Virus record (IMG/VR): IMGVR_UViG_2513237125_000007 | Span: 1 to 64,000 of that record | Strand: one strand, 5' to 3' | DNA: 64,000 nucleotides | Origin: an uncultured virus (IMG/VR IMGVR_UViG_2513237125_000007) | Lineage: Duplodnaviria > Heunggongvirae > Uroviricota > Caudoviricetes | Shown here: positions 36,969-46,956 of the stretch, piece by piece | How positions within the stretch are numbered: the stretch's first letter is position 1 | Layout: each line of letters opens with the position of its first letter | Notes under the pieces: generated by a model | Databases searched by the model: none | Told to the model about the DNA's origin: nothing | The model's input: the letters and a program-made list of their open reading frames with translations, nothing else | Program-made: the position numbers and the translations under genes

Positions 36969-38051
36969 CTATATGTTCTGATGGTCAGCGCGGGAGTGGC
37001 GCATGACGTGATCGCGTACTTGCGTGTTGATGGCGGCAGCAACATCCGGATGGCTGTTGGGCCGCTCGGCTTCGACGCTACACCGGTAGCCGTTTTTGTC
37101 TAGGCAATGTTGCACACGGGTGACGAGCCAATCGCCATTAACTCCTTCCCGCCAGCCGTTGAGAGTCAAGACGGCTTCTGCGGACAGCTCCGCACGCCCT
37201 GCCATCTCTAGAGTGAGTTTGGTTTCAGCACGGGCACGGCGTGAGAGTTCACCCCGAGCGGCGGCGATGGCGGCAGCAGCATCAGGTAGGTATTGTTTGA
37301 TGCGGTGAACGGGATGCCCGTCGCCGACGCTGACTTGATGCAGTTCAGCGCGGCGTGCCAGACGGTAGAAGGCAACCACTGTGCCGGGGCTGTCCCGCGT
37401 TGCGTAGGTCATTTGCCAGGAGGCGATCGCATCAGGTGTCAAGGTGATGCGTGGCATATCAATGCCTGTGACGCTTTTAGACTCGCCGCGTTTGGCAAAA
37501 ATCAGTCGGCCTCCGGCAGGTTTAGCAATCGCATCGTACCGCTGTGCTAGCCGTAGCAGGACGTTGATATCTGATTCTTCTGTCTGATCAATGTGTGGTA
37601 ATGCCACTCCTGCTAGTGACGGGGAGATCGCGGGAGCCATGCCATGTTCGGCAGCCATTGTGGATAGCATGGCACCGAGTGTGGTTCCGGCAGGCCAGGA
37701 GCGGGTTTTTTGGGTTTGCAGGTCACTTTTGCCTTTAGGGGTGCCTTCCCAGGGGGCAGCGTGGGCGCGCAGGGTCATTGTGGCCGGCCATCCGGACAAT
37801 TGGATTTCGCTACACACAAAAACGCCCATCGGGCGTAATTGGCCGTCGTAGCCTAATGCCAGTTCCAGTTCCGCCCCCATCGGTGGCAGCTTGAGCGGGG
37901 CGTTAGGCAGATGATCAGCCAGGACCACTTCCAAGGTATCAGCATGACTTCCGGACTCATCGGACAGCTGTAGGCTTGCCATACGTGCGGCGATGAGGGC
38001 GGTAATATCGTTGTCGTTGGCGATGAGCCGGTAAGAGGGCGTCACTCCCAC
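36969..38051 (-). CDS. P2 gpD-like baseplate hub/late control protein
   Basis: LGYDG, HIDQTEESD..L.RLA motifs; end of the tail operon. Confidence 0.88.
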   Translation of the reverse strand: MGVTPSYRLIANDNDITALIAARMASLQLSDESGSHADTLEVVLADHLPNAPLKLPPMGAELELALGYDGQLRPMGVFVCSEIQLSGWPATMTLRAHAAPWEGTPKGKSDLQTQKTRSWPAGTTLGAMLSTMAAEHGMAPAISPSLAGVALPHIDQTEESDINVLLRLAQRYDAIAKPAGGRLIFAKRGESKSVTGIDMPRITLTPDAIASWQMTYATRDSPGTVVAFYRLARRAELHQVSVGDGHPVHRIKQYLPDAAAAIAAARGELSRRARAETKLTLEMAGRAELSAEAVLTLNGWREGVNGDWLVTRVQHCLDKNGYRCSVEAERPNSHPDVAAAINTQVRDHVMRHSRADHQNI

Positions 38052-38260
38052 AATGCGACTCCTGGAAGGGTGTGCGGTGTGGCCGCAGGGTCTGGCAAGG
38101 TGATCGCGATAGCTTCCGGCAGCACGGGACCCCAGGCGGCTAAGCCGTGGTTTGCTTCATAGATCGCCGAGATGATGGCCGCATCGGTGCGTGCGTAATA
38201 CTTCCATGCGAGCCAGTCGACGGTGTCACCGTGGCGTGTGCGATAGATGTGCAGGCTCAT
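38042..38260 (-). CDS. Tail protein X (P2 gpX-like)
   Basis: GDTVDWLAWKYY..AN.GLA.GPVLP..LW. Confidence 0.88.
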   Translation of the reverse strand: MSLHIYRTRHGDTVDWLAWKYYARTDAAIISAIYEANHGLAAWGPVLPEAIAITLPDPAATPHTLPGVALWE

Positions 38261-38739
38261 GGGGCGGCCTCTACGGCCTGGTCGTCGTTGACGCGTTGTA
38301 AGGCGAGTGTGAATTCAATGCGCCGTGGTGTGCCGTTGGGGTGATGGTTGCTTTGGCGTTCTTCAATGCGTTCGATGACATACCAGCCATGGATGACGCC
38401 ATTACTATCAATGAGCTGTAAGGGCTTGCCTTGGGCGGCCAAGGCGCGTAATTCGTCCAATGAGGCACGTTGGCCTTGCCAATCTGGGTAGGCGATACCG
38501 GGCAGTTCGATACTTTCCTCCCCTGGGCCGGTGTATTGGCGCGCATCGCGCTGCCCATAGCGTTCGATGGCGGCCCAGCGGTATTCGTTCACGCGGGCGA
38601 GTTCTTGGTAGACGAGGCTAGCCAGTGAGAAGGTGTAGCCGCCTAGCATCATCAGGACAGGCCGGTTACCGCTGGTGTTGGTTTGGAATGCGTTTTGCAG
38701 GGGTGCGGCGACAGTGTTCCACAGGGTGTGACGGATCAT
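38257..38739 (-). CDS. P2 gpU-like tail protein
   Basis: MMLG.F..YRW..QYTGPGEE.I.L.G..RRIEFTL.L. Confidence 0.88.
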   Translation of the reverse strand: MIRHTLWNTVAAPLQNAFQTNTSGNRPVLMMLGGYTFSLASLVYQELARVNEYRWAAIERYGQRDARQYTGPGEESIELPGIAYPDWQGQRASLDELRALAAQGKPLQLIDSNGVIHGWYVIERIEERQSNHHPNGTPRRIEFTLALQRVNDDQAVEAAP

Positions 38740-40955
38740 TCTTGGCCTCTGGCATCGTCGTACAGGGCGCTGCGTGGTGGCCTCTGTGATGGGTTGGAGT
38801 GTGCGGCGATGCGGCGTGCTAGGGTTTCGCCACGTTCGCCCGGTTGTTGGGTGATGTTGTAGGTGGCGTAGCTACGGTAATCCGCATTGTTTGTCCTATG
38901 CTGTTGCGCCAATGGCGGCATGCGCACCGTTGCTGTGGGGGCTGCGCCTGCACCTGCGGTAGCAATGGTGTGTTGGGTTAGGCTGTCGCCGATGCCTAAC
39001 CATTGCTTCATTGTGGTGAACTTTTCGGTGGCCCAATCCCATAGCGATTTGAGTTTGTCGAAGAAGGCGGTAGCGATGGTGCCGACGCCATCAAACATGG
39101 TTTTGAATCCGTTTTTCACACGGTCGAAGTTGCCGGTAAAAAGGCCTGTAATCCCATTCCAGGCACCGCTGAAGATCGTTTTGACCTCTTCCCATAGGGT
39201 GGTCATGAACGGTTTGATGGTGTTCCAGTGTTGGATGATCAGCAACGCACCTGAAGCAATCGCGGTGACGGCCAGTCCCACCGGATTCATGAGCAATGCC
39301 CGGCCCATCCACAGTGCCGCACGGCCAGCCACCATGCATGCCACGGGGACGACGCGACCTAGCACGCGCCCCACGGCCAGCGCGGCAGTGCGCACTTGGG
39401 CCATAGACGCCAAGGTGCCAACAGCCCGCCATGAGGCGATCAGGCGCAGCCCGAGCAACAGGGGATAGTGAAGGGCGGCAAAGGCAAAGCGCAGGGCGAT
39501 GACGGCGACTCTAAAACCGGTCAGGGCCAGGGCGGTTCCCAGCACTGCTTTCACTACGCCGGGATGTTGTTGTGTCCATGCTGCAAATCGCTCAATGACC
39601 GGAGCCGAGGACGCTAACAGGTCGTTGATAGCAGGCAGTAAGGCGTTACCAATGGCTACGGAAAGCTCGGTGAGGCGATTTTTAGTGATCTGCCACTGCG
39701 CGGCTGTGGTGCGCTGTCTGGCTTGGAATTCCCGCGACATGCTGCCTTTGGCGGCTTCTCCGTTGGCAAGCGCCAGTTGGCGGCGGTATTCATCGACACC
39801 GTTAGCCAGCTTAGCAATGGCACCGCCCCAGTCTTTGCCGAACAGGCGTGTGACGGCCTCCATTTGCTGTTCAACAGGAAGTTTCTTAATGCGTGTGAGA
39901 ACGTCCAGAATCATGGACTGGGGATCGGTGACCATGCCTTTTTGGAGTTGGTCAGCGGTCATGCCCACCATCCCCACGCCGATCTGGAAGCGTTTGGGGT
40001 TCATTTTGGCAATTTGTAATTGCCGTAGCAGTCCAGAGGCGGCGGTGTCAGCGCGTTCGGCGGATTCCCCCAGGGTGAGGAAGGTAGACGCCAGCGCCGC
40101 CGCATTTTTGGCGGATAAGCCCATGGTGGAGGCCGCTCCGGCCAGGTCACCCTGCATCACTTTGATGATGTCGCCACCTTTAGAGATGGCGTTGTCATCG
40201 AGGTAGTTGATGGCGTCGCCCAAACGCTCAATGTCGCTGATCGGGATTTTAAAAATGCCAGCGATTTTTCCCATGTTATCGGCAAGTTCATCAGCAGGCA
40301 TCTCAAAGGCGGTGGCCGCCATGGCCGAGACGCGCGTAAATTCGATCAGTGTTTTTCTTGCCTGTTCCGGGTTCATGCCTTCGGCAATGCCCATACGCGC
40401 ACCGGCGGTCACCATGTCGGCCAGTTGATTGGTGGCTATGGGGATCGTACGCGCGAGCTGCTGGATGGCGTTGCCCATGTCCTCATACACGCAGGTCAAC
40501 TTGCCGGTAGGGTCGCGTGCGCCATCGACTTGCTTGACAATGCCAAGCATGGCGGTTTCAAACTCAACCGCCGCCTTGATGGGAAAAAACGCGGCGGCAG
40601 AGACAGCGCTCAAGGTGCCTACGGCGCCCCCGAGCTGGCCGCGCGTCTGCGAAAGGTGGGCGCGGTGTCCTTCAAGGGCCGATTGTGCTTGGTTGAGCCG
40701 CTGTTGTGCGGCGCGGGTGCGTTCTAATTGTCTGGTTAATGCGTCATACCGGGTGCGCAGCCCGTCAATATTGCGCCCCATGCGCCCAAAAGTTTGAATG
40801 CCTTGCCCGAGCAGACGTTGCTGCCGCGAGAGTGTGGTGACCGCCGCGCCAATACGTTGTACGTTGCGCTGTGTGGACCCGAAGGCGCTTTTCAATGTGC
40901 TGGACAGGTGCCCAGCAATGATCAGGCTTGCGTGGAATTGTTTTTTACTCGCCAT
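38736..40955 (-). CDS. Tape measure protein
   Basis: FETAM..LGDAINYLDDN..RLFGK..MNPVG; Ala-rich. Confidence 0.92.
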   Translation of the reverse strand: MASKKQFHASLIIAGHLSSTLKSAFGSTQRNVQRIGAAVTTLSRQQRLLGQGIQTFGRMGRNIDGLRTRYDALTRQLERTRAAQQRLNQAQSALEGHRAHLSQTRGQLGGAVGTLSAVSAAAFFPIKAAVEFETAMLGIVKQVDGARDPTGKLTCVYEDMGNAIQQLARTIPIATNQLADMVTAGARMGIAEGMNPEQARKTLIEFTRVSAMAATAFEMPADELADNMGKIAGIFKIPISDIERLGDAINYLDDNAISKGGDIIKVMQGDLAGAASTMGLSAKNAAALASTFLTLGESAERADTAASGLLRQLQIAKMNPKRFQIGVGMVGMTADQLQKGMVTDPQSMILDVLTRIKKLPVEQQMEAVTRLFGKDWGGAIAKLANGVDEYRRQLALANGEAAKGSMSREFQARQRTTAAQWQITKNRLTELSVAIGNALLPAINDLLASSAPVIERFAAWTQQHPGVVKAVLGTALALTGFRVAVIALRFAFAALHYPLLLGLRLIASWRAVGTLASMAQVRTAALAVGRVLGRVVPVACMVAGRAALWMGRALLMNPVGLAVTAIASGALLIIQHWNTIKPFMTTLWEEVKTIFSGAWNGITGLFTGNFDRVKNGFKTMFDGVGTIATAFFDKLKSLWDWATEKFTTMKQWLGIGDSLTQHTIATAGAGAAPTATVRMPPLAQQHRTNNADYRSYATYNITQQPGERGETLARRIAAHSNPSQRPPRSALYDDARGQE

Positions 40956-41095
40956 CGCGCGGTAATCCGTCGATCCAGAATAGGAATTCACGCGTTGGGA
41001 GCGCGAGAATGTCCACGAGCGACCATCCTGTATGCGAGGCTAAGGCCAGAACGCCTTGGCGGAGTTCCTCCAGCGTTAGCCTCACTCGATAAAAA
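40945..41095 (-). CDS. gpE'-like -1 frameshift extension of the tail chaperone
   Basis: -1 frame after the T5 run reads FYRVRLTLEELRQGVLALASHTGWSLVDILALPTREFLFWIDGLPRDGE*, similar in pattern to P2 E'. Confidence 0.65.
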
Positions 41096-41369
41096 TCAGA
41101 AAGGCTTCCTGTAGCCGTTTGTAGTTACGCAGGCTGAAGGTTTCTAAGGCTTCGGGGGCCACTTCCAGAAGGTTGGAAAAGAGGCGCAATTCGCGTTCGC
41201 CTTCGTTGCCTGGGAGTGCAAAGGAGCGTTTCATATCCCCTGCGGTCGGTTCGCGCATCCATAGTTCATTGACGGTGGCCCCGTTGATGCTGACGGGTGA
41301 GGCGAAGGTGATGTGTACGCCGCCTTCTGCTTCGCGGAGGTACGGTTTATCCGTGGTCGGTCCGGTCAT
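41082..41369 (-). CDS. Tail assembly chaperone (gpE-like)
   Basis: L.MREPT.GD..NL..Y.RLQ.AF; between tube and tape measure genes. Confidence 0.82.
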   Translation of the reverse strand: MTGPTTDKPYLREAEGGVHITFASPVSINGATVNELWMREPTAGDMKRSFALPGNEGERELRLFSNLLEVAPEALETFSLRNYKRLQEAFLIFIE

Positions 41370-41371
41370 GG

Positions 41372-41881
41372 TTAGAGTCCTAGTGCGTTGCGAGCGGGGG
41401 CGAGCAGATCAATGCCGTTTTGCTGAAAGATCATGTTTTCTACGTCGATTTCATGAATGACGGTGGCGTTGTGTACTTCTTTGTAGTAGCTCAGTGCCAA
41501 CGCCAGTTTTAGGGTGGATTTGTCAGCCGGTTTCCAAGTGCCGCGATCGATTTCTTTGACTTTGCCGCGCAGATGGATCGCAAGGGTTGTTGTCGTCCCG
41601 TCGAAGGATTCCAGAAAGCCACGCACGGTGCAGTTCACCTGCTTTCCTTCGGTGACGCCGAACAGCAGGAGTGCGTCGCTGCTGTAGCAGATCAAGCTGA
41701 CATCGGTTTCGAGCTTCTCCATACCCATCGTGAGTTCCACAGGGGCCAGCATGCCGCCACCCCGGAACTCTTCGGTTTTTAAGGTCAATTTAGGCAGGTT
41801 GATCTCTTCGACCTGCCCTGCATAGCCTTTGCCATCAATAAACAGGTTGAGGTGTTTGAGGAGATGACGCGGTGCGGACAT
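41372..41881 (-). CDS. Tail tube protein (P2 FII-like)
   Basis: NLFIDG..LPKL..EFRGGGM..SYYK..EID. Confidence 0.92.
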   Translation of the reverse strand: MSAPRHLLKHLNLFIDGKGYAGQVEEINLPKLTLKTEEFRGGGMLAPVELTMGMEKLETDVSLICYSSDALLLFGVTEGKQVNCTVRGFLESFDGTTTTLAIHLRGKVKEIDRGTWKPADKSTLKLALALSYYKEVHNATVIHEIDVENMIFQQNGIDLLAPARNALGL

Positions 41882-43059
41882 TAGAACACCTCCACAAGAT
41901 AATCACTGGTGAGCCGACTACGGAAGGTGATGTGTTCGGCGGGATAGGCCGGGGTGAAGTCGAAATTAAAATAGACGTGCCCGGCGGTGATGGCGTCTTT
42001 TGTATTGAGTTCCGGATCGGCCCAGCATCGGCCATTAATAATCGCGCCCAGGCTTTTCAGTCGGCGCAGATAGGCATTGACGCCTTCCTCAACATCACTG
42101 GCGTAGGTCTTGGTAATGGAGCGATCCACCGCCCACAGATGGGCCGCTTGTAAGCTATCGGCGATGATATCGGCGATGCGGACCACGCAGAGGTAGGTCC
42201 ACTTGGGATCGCTGGATAAGGTGCGGTTTCCCCATAATCGGTAGCCGTCATGACGAATGATGGTGGCAATCTTTTTTTCATTGAGCAGATTGGCGCGGCT
42301 GGTGGCATCGCCCAATGCAAAATCAATGGGGCGTGAGGTGCCAAGAATGCCGTTGATGGGTTGGTTGGAGGGGGACCACCACCAGCCGTTGCGGTTATCT
42401 ATCTTGGCGATGAGTCCGGCCACCGCAGCGCTGCTGTAGGCAGTGATGGTGGTGCCATCGGCACCCAGTGTGGTGATAGGCGGATCGACCAGGAACACAC
42501 GTTTGCTACCAAAGTCTCCCGCATAAGCAATGGCCTGTGCATCAGTGGTACCCGGGCCGTCAGCAATGATGATGGCACGCAGTCGCTCGGCAATGCCGAT
42601 CAATTCGGACACAACGGGGTTGGCCTGTGTCTGTTCTGGGCGTTGGTGGGTCAAGCCTGGAGCAATCAGCAGGCGCGGTTTGTAGCCGGTGATGTTTTCG
42701 GCAGCCAGCAGCGCATGGACGCCTTCATAGGTGCCGTTGGCGGCGTTGATGCCACCGACGGCATGAGACAGCCGCTCGGTTTCATCAACGCTATCTTCAA
42801 TACGCACCACAATCACGGCTGCGCCAATCTGATCAAAAATGCTGTCCATGGCCTGGGGCAAGGTGCCTGCTGTCCCTAGTGTGGCCGCCATTGCGGTTGA
42901 TCCTGGGATCAGCACGGGGGTGTTGAGGGGATAGGTGGTGGCGTCGGCCAGAGGTGCAGTGCCCACCAGGCCAATGACGCTGCTCGAGGCCGTTTGGATC
43001 ACGCGTGCGCCATCGTCGATCTCCAGCACTTCAACGCCATGTAGATAGTGTTCCGTCAT
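41881..43059 (-). CDS. Tail sheath protein (P2 FI-like)
   Basis: YLHGVEV, WWSPSN, GYRLWGNRT, P.E.ITF. Confidence 0.94.
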   Translation of the reverse strand: MTEHYLHGVEVLEIDDGARVIQTASSSVIGLVGTAPLADATTYPLNTPVLIPGSTAMAATLGTAGTLPQAMDSIFDQIGAAVIVVRIEDSVDETERLSHAVGGINAANGTYEGVHALLAAENITGYKPRLLIAPGLTHQRPEQTQANPVVSELIGIAERLRAIIIADGPGTTDAQAIAYAGDFGSKRVFLVDPPITTLGADGTTITAYSSAAVAGLIAKIDNRNGWWWSPSNQPINGILGTSRPIDFALGDATSRANLLNEKKIATIIRHDGYRLWGNRTLSSDPKWTYLCVVRIADIIADSLQAAHLWAVDRSITKTYASDVEEGVNAYLRRLKSLGAIINGRCWADPELNTKDAITAGHVYFNFDFTPAYPAEHITFRSRLTSDYLVEVF

Positions 43060-43114
43060 CAGGCCCTTCGTATGCTGTAAGACGGGGAGATGATCGGTGC
43101 GACAGCTGTTTGCT

Positions 43115-43133
43115 GTCCTGTGGCTATTTTTCC
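43115..43133 (-). promoter_or_regulatory. Late-promoter motif copy upstream of the sheath gene
   Basis: GGAAAA-N5-CACAGGAC. Confidence 0.65.
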
Positions 43134-44716
43134 GCGTGGCGTGGCGCGCCGGTCAGTGCGTTTACTTTGGCGGACAGCTGTGCAATGGCATTCACCAGTA
43201 CGGGCAGGAGTTGGTCCAGGTTGACCGAGGGGACGTAAGCGCCTTGGAAGGGGATGCCTTCGGGATTGACCGTTTCCGGCATTAGGTCGAGTAGTTGTTC
43301 TGCCTCTAAAAATAGGCGGCGGCGTCCGTCGGGGGTGTAGGCCGGTTTGTAGCGTCCGATCAGGGGGGTGAGTTGTTCAATCTCTGCCAGGCCATACGGC
43401 AGGGGGCCTTCGATGTCTTTTAGTTTTCGGGAGGAGCCTTGGGCGTAGCCGCCTGCCGAGACGATAGTGCCTTTCACTGACAGGGTGCCATTGTCTTCCA
43501 GTGCCATCAGTTGCGCTTCATTGGTACTGCCGCTGCCGCCGCTGTCGCTGCGTCTCCAGAAAAAGGCGTGGCCTCCGTTCTTTTTGTAAAAGGCAACGTG
43601 GGTTGTGTCGTGTTGCTGATAGTAGTAATTACCTGCGGTTTCAATCCACAGTAAGCCTGTTTTTGCACCAATCACTGTGCTGGTGTTTTTGGTGCTGGTC
43701 CCGAAATAACAATGGTTGCTGGTGCCGAAGAACAGTTGTGCGATGGCTGGGGAGGTGCCGCTGCGGAATGTCGCTGCGTAAGGAATATTGTTGTCCCAGA
43801 ATTCACAATCGTTACCGATTTTCAGTGCCGGAATGCGTCCGTTACCTAGTGCGTCCCCAATCAGGGTGCCTTGGGACTGGAGCGAGCCGGTCATGAGGCT
43901 GCCCGTTTTTTTCACCAGAGTATCTAGTTGTGAGGCCAGTTCAGGGAGATCGCTGCTGGCGTGCTGGTGGGCGCTCGGTGGATAGGTCTGTGGGGTGTTC
44001 TGGAGGTTTCTCCATTGCAGGTAGTAGGTGCCGTGATAGCCGTCCAGTAAATCTGCATCCAATCCTTTTTCTGATCCGGTGTCCATCACGGCGGCATCGC
44101 CCAGGCCCAGGAGGCGACGGAGGGCGGGCGCATCGGCGCTGGCCATCAGTGTTTTGGCATAGTCAGAAGGGGCGGCTTCGCCTAGGCGGTGATCCAGGGT
44201 GGCTTTCAATGCGGTAGGCGGTACGGCGCTGCGGTCCTCCAGGCCCGCGATGGCTTGGGCGTTGCTGGACAAGGTGAGGACGCCTGCCACTGTCTGTGTC
44301 GCCGGAGGGTTGTTCCAGGAGGTGTCACCGAAGGAGAGTTGCGTCGCATCGGTATCTACGAATCGAACATCAATGGCCAGCAGGAGCATGGCCGATGCGG
44401 ATTTGCTGAGAATGATGTCCTGTTGGGAGTAGGTGGCAAATAAGGTGCCATCCTCCAGGTAGACACCAAAGCCGCGGATGTCGTACTGGTCGGCGGTTGC
44501 ATCGCGGATGGTGATGTGAATAGTGTCTGCGGCCACCACGCCGCCTGAGAAGGTGGTCAGGCGTTTGGATTCCTCAGGCATCGTTGCCGCGGCGGGGTCA
44601 AAGTGTTGCGCGGTCAGGCCGACAGAAGCCAGCCGCACCGGGACGGTGCCATGATGCTCGGCGTTCACCAGGGCGGCGCGGCCCTGTGGGGTGATGGTGA
44701 TCTGGAGTGGGGTCAT
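43124..44716 (-). CDS. Tail fibre with C-terminal intramolecular chaperone (S74-like)
   Basis: gpH-like N-terminus, GLDADLLDG repeat, SSRKLKDI..LVNAIAQL chaperone. Confidence 0.85.
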   Translation of the reverse strand: MTPLQITITPQGRAALVNAEHHGTVPVRLASVGLTAQHFDPAAATMPEESKRLTTFSGGVVAADTIHITIRDATADQYDIRGFGVYLEDGTLFATYSQQDIILSKSASAMLLLAIDVRFVDTDATQLSFGDTSWNNPPATQTVAGVLTLSSNAQAIAGLEDRSAVPPTALKATLDHRLGEAAPSDYAKTLMASADAPALRRLLGLGDAAVMDTGSEKGLDADLLDGYHGTYYLQWRNLQNTPQTYPPSAHQHASSDLPELASQLDTLVKKTGSLMTGSLQSQGTLIGDALGNGRIPALKIGNDCEFWDNNIPYAATFRSGTSPAIAQLFFGTSNHCYFGTSTKNTSTVIGAKTGLLWIETAGNYYYQQHDTTHVAFYKKNGGHAFFWRRSDSGGSGSTNEAQLMALEDNGTLSVKGTIVSAGGYAQGSSRKLKDIEGPLPYGLAEIEQLTPLIGRYKPAYTPDGRRRLFLEAEQLLDLMPETVNPEGIPFQGAYVPSVNLDQLLPVLVNAIAQLSAKVNALTGAPRHAEK

Positions 44717-44723
44717 GGCATCC

Positions 44724-45281
44724 TCATGTGGCCTGTGCAAGGTGTAAGCGTCGGTACGCGGTGATCTGTGCGCCACCCAGCAGGCCAATCTGTCCGATGG
44801 TGTGCACGCCTTGGGTAAAGGTGAAATGGCTGCGAACGGGTTTGGTGCGGATCACTTCTGTAATGACATCTGCAACAAATTCGGCAGTTGTCTGACTACC
44901 GCCCTGCCCTGATAAGGTAAGCAGCAGTGTGAAGGTGTGCGGTGCGGCGGGTGGGTTTTGTTGCCACCACTCGGTGATGAGGACATCCCCGCCAAAGCTG
45001 CGCACCACATCGCGCACACTTTTGACGCTGCCTTTACAACGCTGAATCTCGATGGCCGCCGCAATACGCGCGCGTTTGATATGCACGGGCCACGTGCTGC
45101 GCCAGGTGTCCACGGACAATGACCAGGCCAGCCAGGGGAGCAATGGCTCGGGGCACGTGTGCGGGTCCCATAGTTGTTTGAATGGGATCGGGATGTCGGC
45201 CATGCGTGCCATCACTTGCTCCAGGGTGCGCATGAGCGGCGTGGCCGTGGGGGGCAGCAGGCTGTGCAGAGGGTCATTCAT
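44724..45281 (-). CDS. Baseplate/tail protein I (P2 gpI-like)
   Basis: SLLPP..LWDP.TCP..LLPWLAW.LSVD.W..KPVRSH. Confidence 0.9.
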   Translation of the reverse strand: MNDPLHSLLPPTATPLMRTLEQVMARMADIPIPFKQLWDPHTCPEPLLPWLAWSLSVDTWRSTWPVHIKRARIAAAIEIQRCKGSVKSVRDVVRSFGGDVLITEWWQQNPPAAPHTFTLLLTLSGQGGSQTTAEFVADVITEVIRTKPVRSHFTFTQGVHTIGQIGLLGGAQITAYRRLHLAQAT

Positions 45282-46167
45282 CCACACCCCCATGCACGAC
45301 GGTGATGTTGGTGCAGCGGGCCGCCTGGGTACGGTCCATCGTCAGTCCCTGTTGTGGTGTGAGCAGTTCTACGCGTTGAATGCCTTCAACATGCAGTCCG
45401 GCATACAGGCCACTGATGGCAATATCACGGCCTAAGCGGAATGTGTCTGTGGTGTAGGCGGTGATGCGGCGCTGTGCTTCGGACAGGACGACCGCTGCAT
45501 CCGGTCCGGCGTAGGTGTGCAATCGTGCGTGGACTTGGTAGTCAGTGATCTGTGCCGGTTGTACGGTGACATGATCGGTCATCGGTCGTACTGATTCTTG
45601 GTTAACCGCCGCCATCACGGCGTCAAGTACGTCTTGTGAAGGCTGTCCGTTGGCGCTGCGTGATAGCACGGTGATGATGACGTCCCCAGGGGTTGGACTG
45701 GTGGCACTGACGTCACGCACGTCGGCATGGGCGCTGATGGCATGGTAGATGTAAGCGCCTTCTGGACCGGCGACGCTGTAGCCTTCCGGTGCAAGGACGA
45801 TACGCCGCCGGAAGGCGGCATCACTCTCCATCGTCGGGGGGATGCCCTTAGAGGGGTCACCTGCATCCAGCATGAGGCGCTTGACGCGGAATAATGCGGC
45901 TAAATGGTCCAGGTCGGCATCGCTGGCCAAGGCCACCATCACGGCTTTGGCATCTTCGTTGCTTTGGTAGCGGCGCACGGCTTCGCGGTAGGCGGCCACT
46001 TCCAGCAGGGTGTAGATGGGGTCTGAGGGCAGGAGGTCTTTCAGGGTCGGATCACGTGCCGCCAGATCAGCCAGCATTTCTTGCAAAATCACGTCTGCGG
46101 CCACTTGCCGTATCACATCCGGCATGGGCAGCTTGGAGATATCAATGGCGGTCAGGGTGTTATCCAT
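45274..46167 (-). CDS. Baseplate assembly protein J
   Basis: AYRE..DLD.L..ESD..FRRR..SVAGP.GAY..VRPMTD. Confidence 0.92.
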   Translation of the reverse strand: MDNTLTAIDISKLPMPDVIRQVAADVILQEMLADLAARDPTLKDLLPSDPIYTLLEVAAYREAVRRYQSNEDAKAVMVALASDADLDHLAALFRVKRLMLDAGDPSKGIPPTMESDAAFRRRIVLAPEGYSVAGPEGAYIYHAISAHADVRDVSATSPTPGDVIITVLSRSANGQPSQDVLDAVMAAVNQESVRPMTDHVTVQPAQITDYQVHARLHTYAGPDAAVVLSEAQRRITAYTTDTFRLGRDIAISGLYAGLHVEGIQRVELLTPQQGLTMDRTQAARCTNITVVHGGVDE

Positions 46168-46506
46168 CAGCGCACCTGGATGCCGTCCAGGGTGACGGTT
46201 TTGCCCGCAGGCAGGTACTGGGCGATCAGGTCCAGGATGACCGTGCCCGATGCGGTGGCGCGGGCCGTCACTTGGCGCAGTCTGATCCGTGGTTCGTGGG
46301 CGGCAAGGGCTTGTGCGGTGGCCGCGTACAGGTCCATTTCTAGGGCGCGGGTGATCGGGGCATCAAGCAGGTGCGGTAGCCTGCTGCCGTAATCACGGCG
46401 CATGATCCGGCTCCCCAAGGGGGTGCTCAAGATGTTCTGCACCGGATTGGCGCAGGTGGGCGATGCCATCAAGCGGCTTTCCGGTGTGCATGTTCATTCC
46501 GCGCAT
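46167..46506 (-). pseudogene. Baseplate wedge gpW/gp25 with a +1 frameshift near 46443
   Basis: MRGMNMHTGKPLDGIAHLRQS joins VQNILSTPLGSRIMRRDYGS..EPRI if one G is removed; N bases nearby. Confidence 0.75.
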
Positions 46507-46538
46507 GCTCAGCAGCNTNGGGGGACTCACCGGGCGGT

Positions 46539-46557
46539 GTCCTGTGGCGGGTTTTCC
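46539..46557 (-). promoter_or_regulatory. Late-promoter motif copy upstream of baseplate gpW
   Basis: GGAAAACCCGCCACAGGAC. Confidence 0.65.
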
Positions 46558-46591
46558 AAAAACCCTTCCATGGGGGGTTCAACACATGATG

Positions 46592-46633
46592 ATGTACAAA
46601 ATATTAGACAAAATGTCGTTATTTTTGTACATT
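46592..46633 (+). promoter_or_regulatory. TA promoter (TAGACA-17-TACATT) with inverted-repeat operator ATGTACAAAA/TTTTGTACAT
   Basis: Perfect 10-bp inverted repeat; the -10 box ends 7 nt before the toxin ATG. Confidence 0.65.
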
Positions 46634-46640
46634 CATTTTC

Positions 46641-46955
46641 ATGCAGACGATTATTTTCATTGGGAGCACTCTGGAGGATATCCGTACTTTCCCTGCATCC
46701 GCCCGCCAAGCATTGGGCCGTCAACTTCTGCGATTACAAGAAGGGTTAGATCCACAGGACTGGAAACCGATGAAAACCATCGGTCCTGGGGTTCGTGAGG
46801 TGCGTATCCATGCGGGCGGCGCGTTCCGGGCCTTTTACGTCACGAACATTGGTAACGCTGTTTATGTGCTACATGCATTTGTCAAGAAGACGCAGACAAC
46901 TAGCCCTAAGGACATTGCATTAGGTCAGCAGAGATTCAAACAAATTGGAAAATAA
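46641..46955 (+). CDS. RelE/HigB-like toxin (Gp49/DUF891 type)
   Basis: DWKPM..IGPGVREVRI..AFR.FY..YVLHAF.KKTQ.T. Confidence 0.88.
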   Translation: MQTIIFIGSTLEDIRTFPASARQALGRQLLRLQEGLDPQDWKPMKTIGPGVREVRIHAGGAFRAFYVTNIGNAVYVLHAFVKKTQTTSPKDIALGQQRFKQIGK

Positions 46956-46956
46956 A

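Noticed and set aside
43124..44716. Diversity-generating retroelement or invertible tail-fibre switch
   Set aside because: No reverse transcriptase, invertase, TR/VR pair or alternative fibre ends seen in the window
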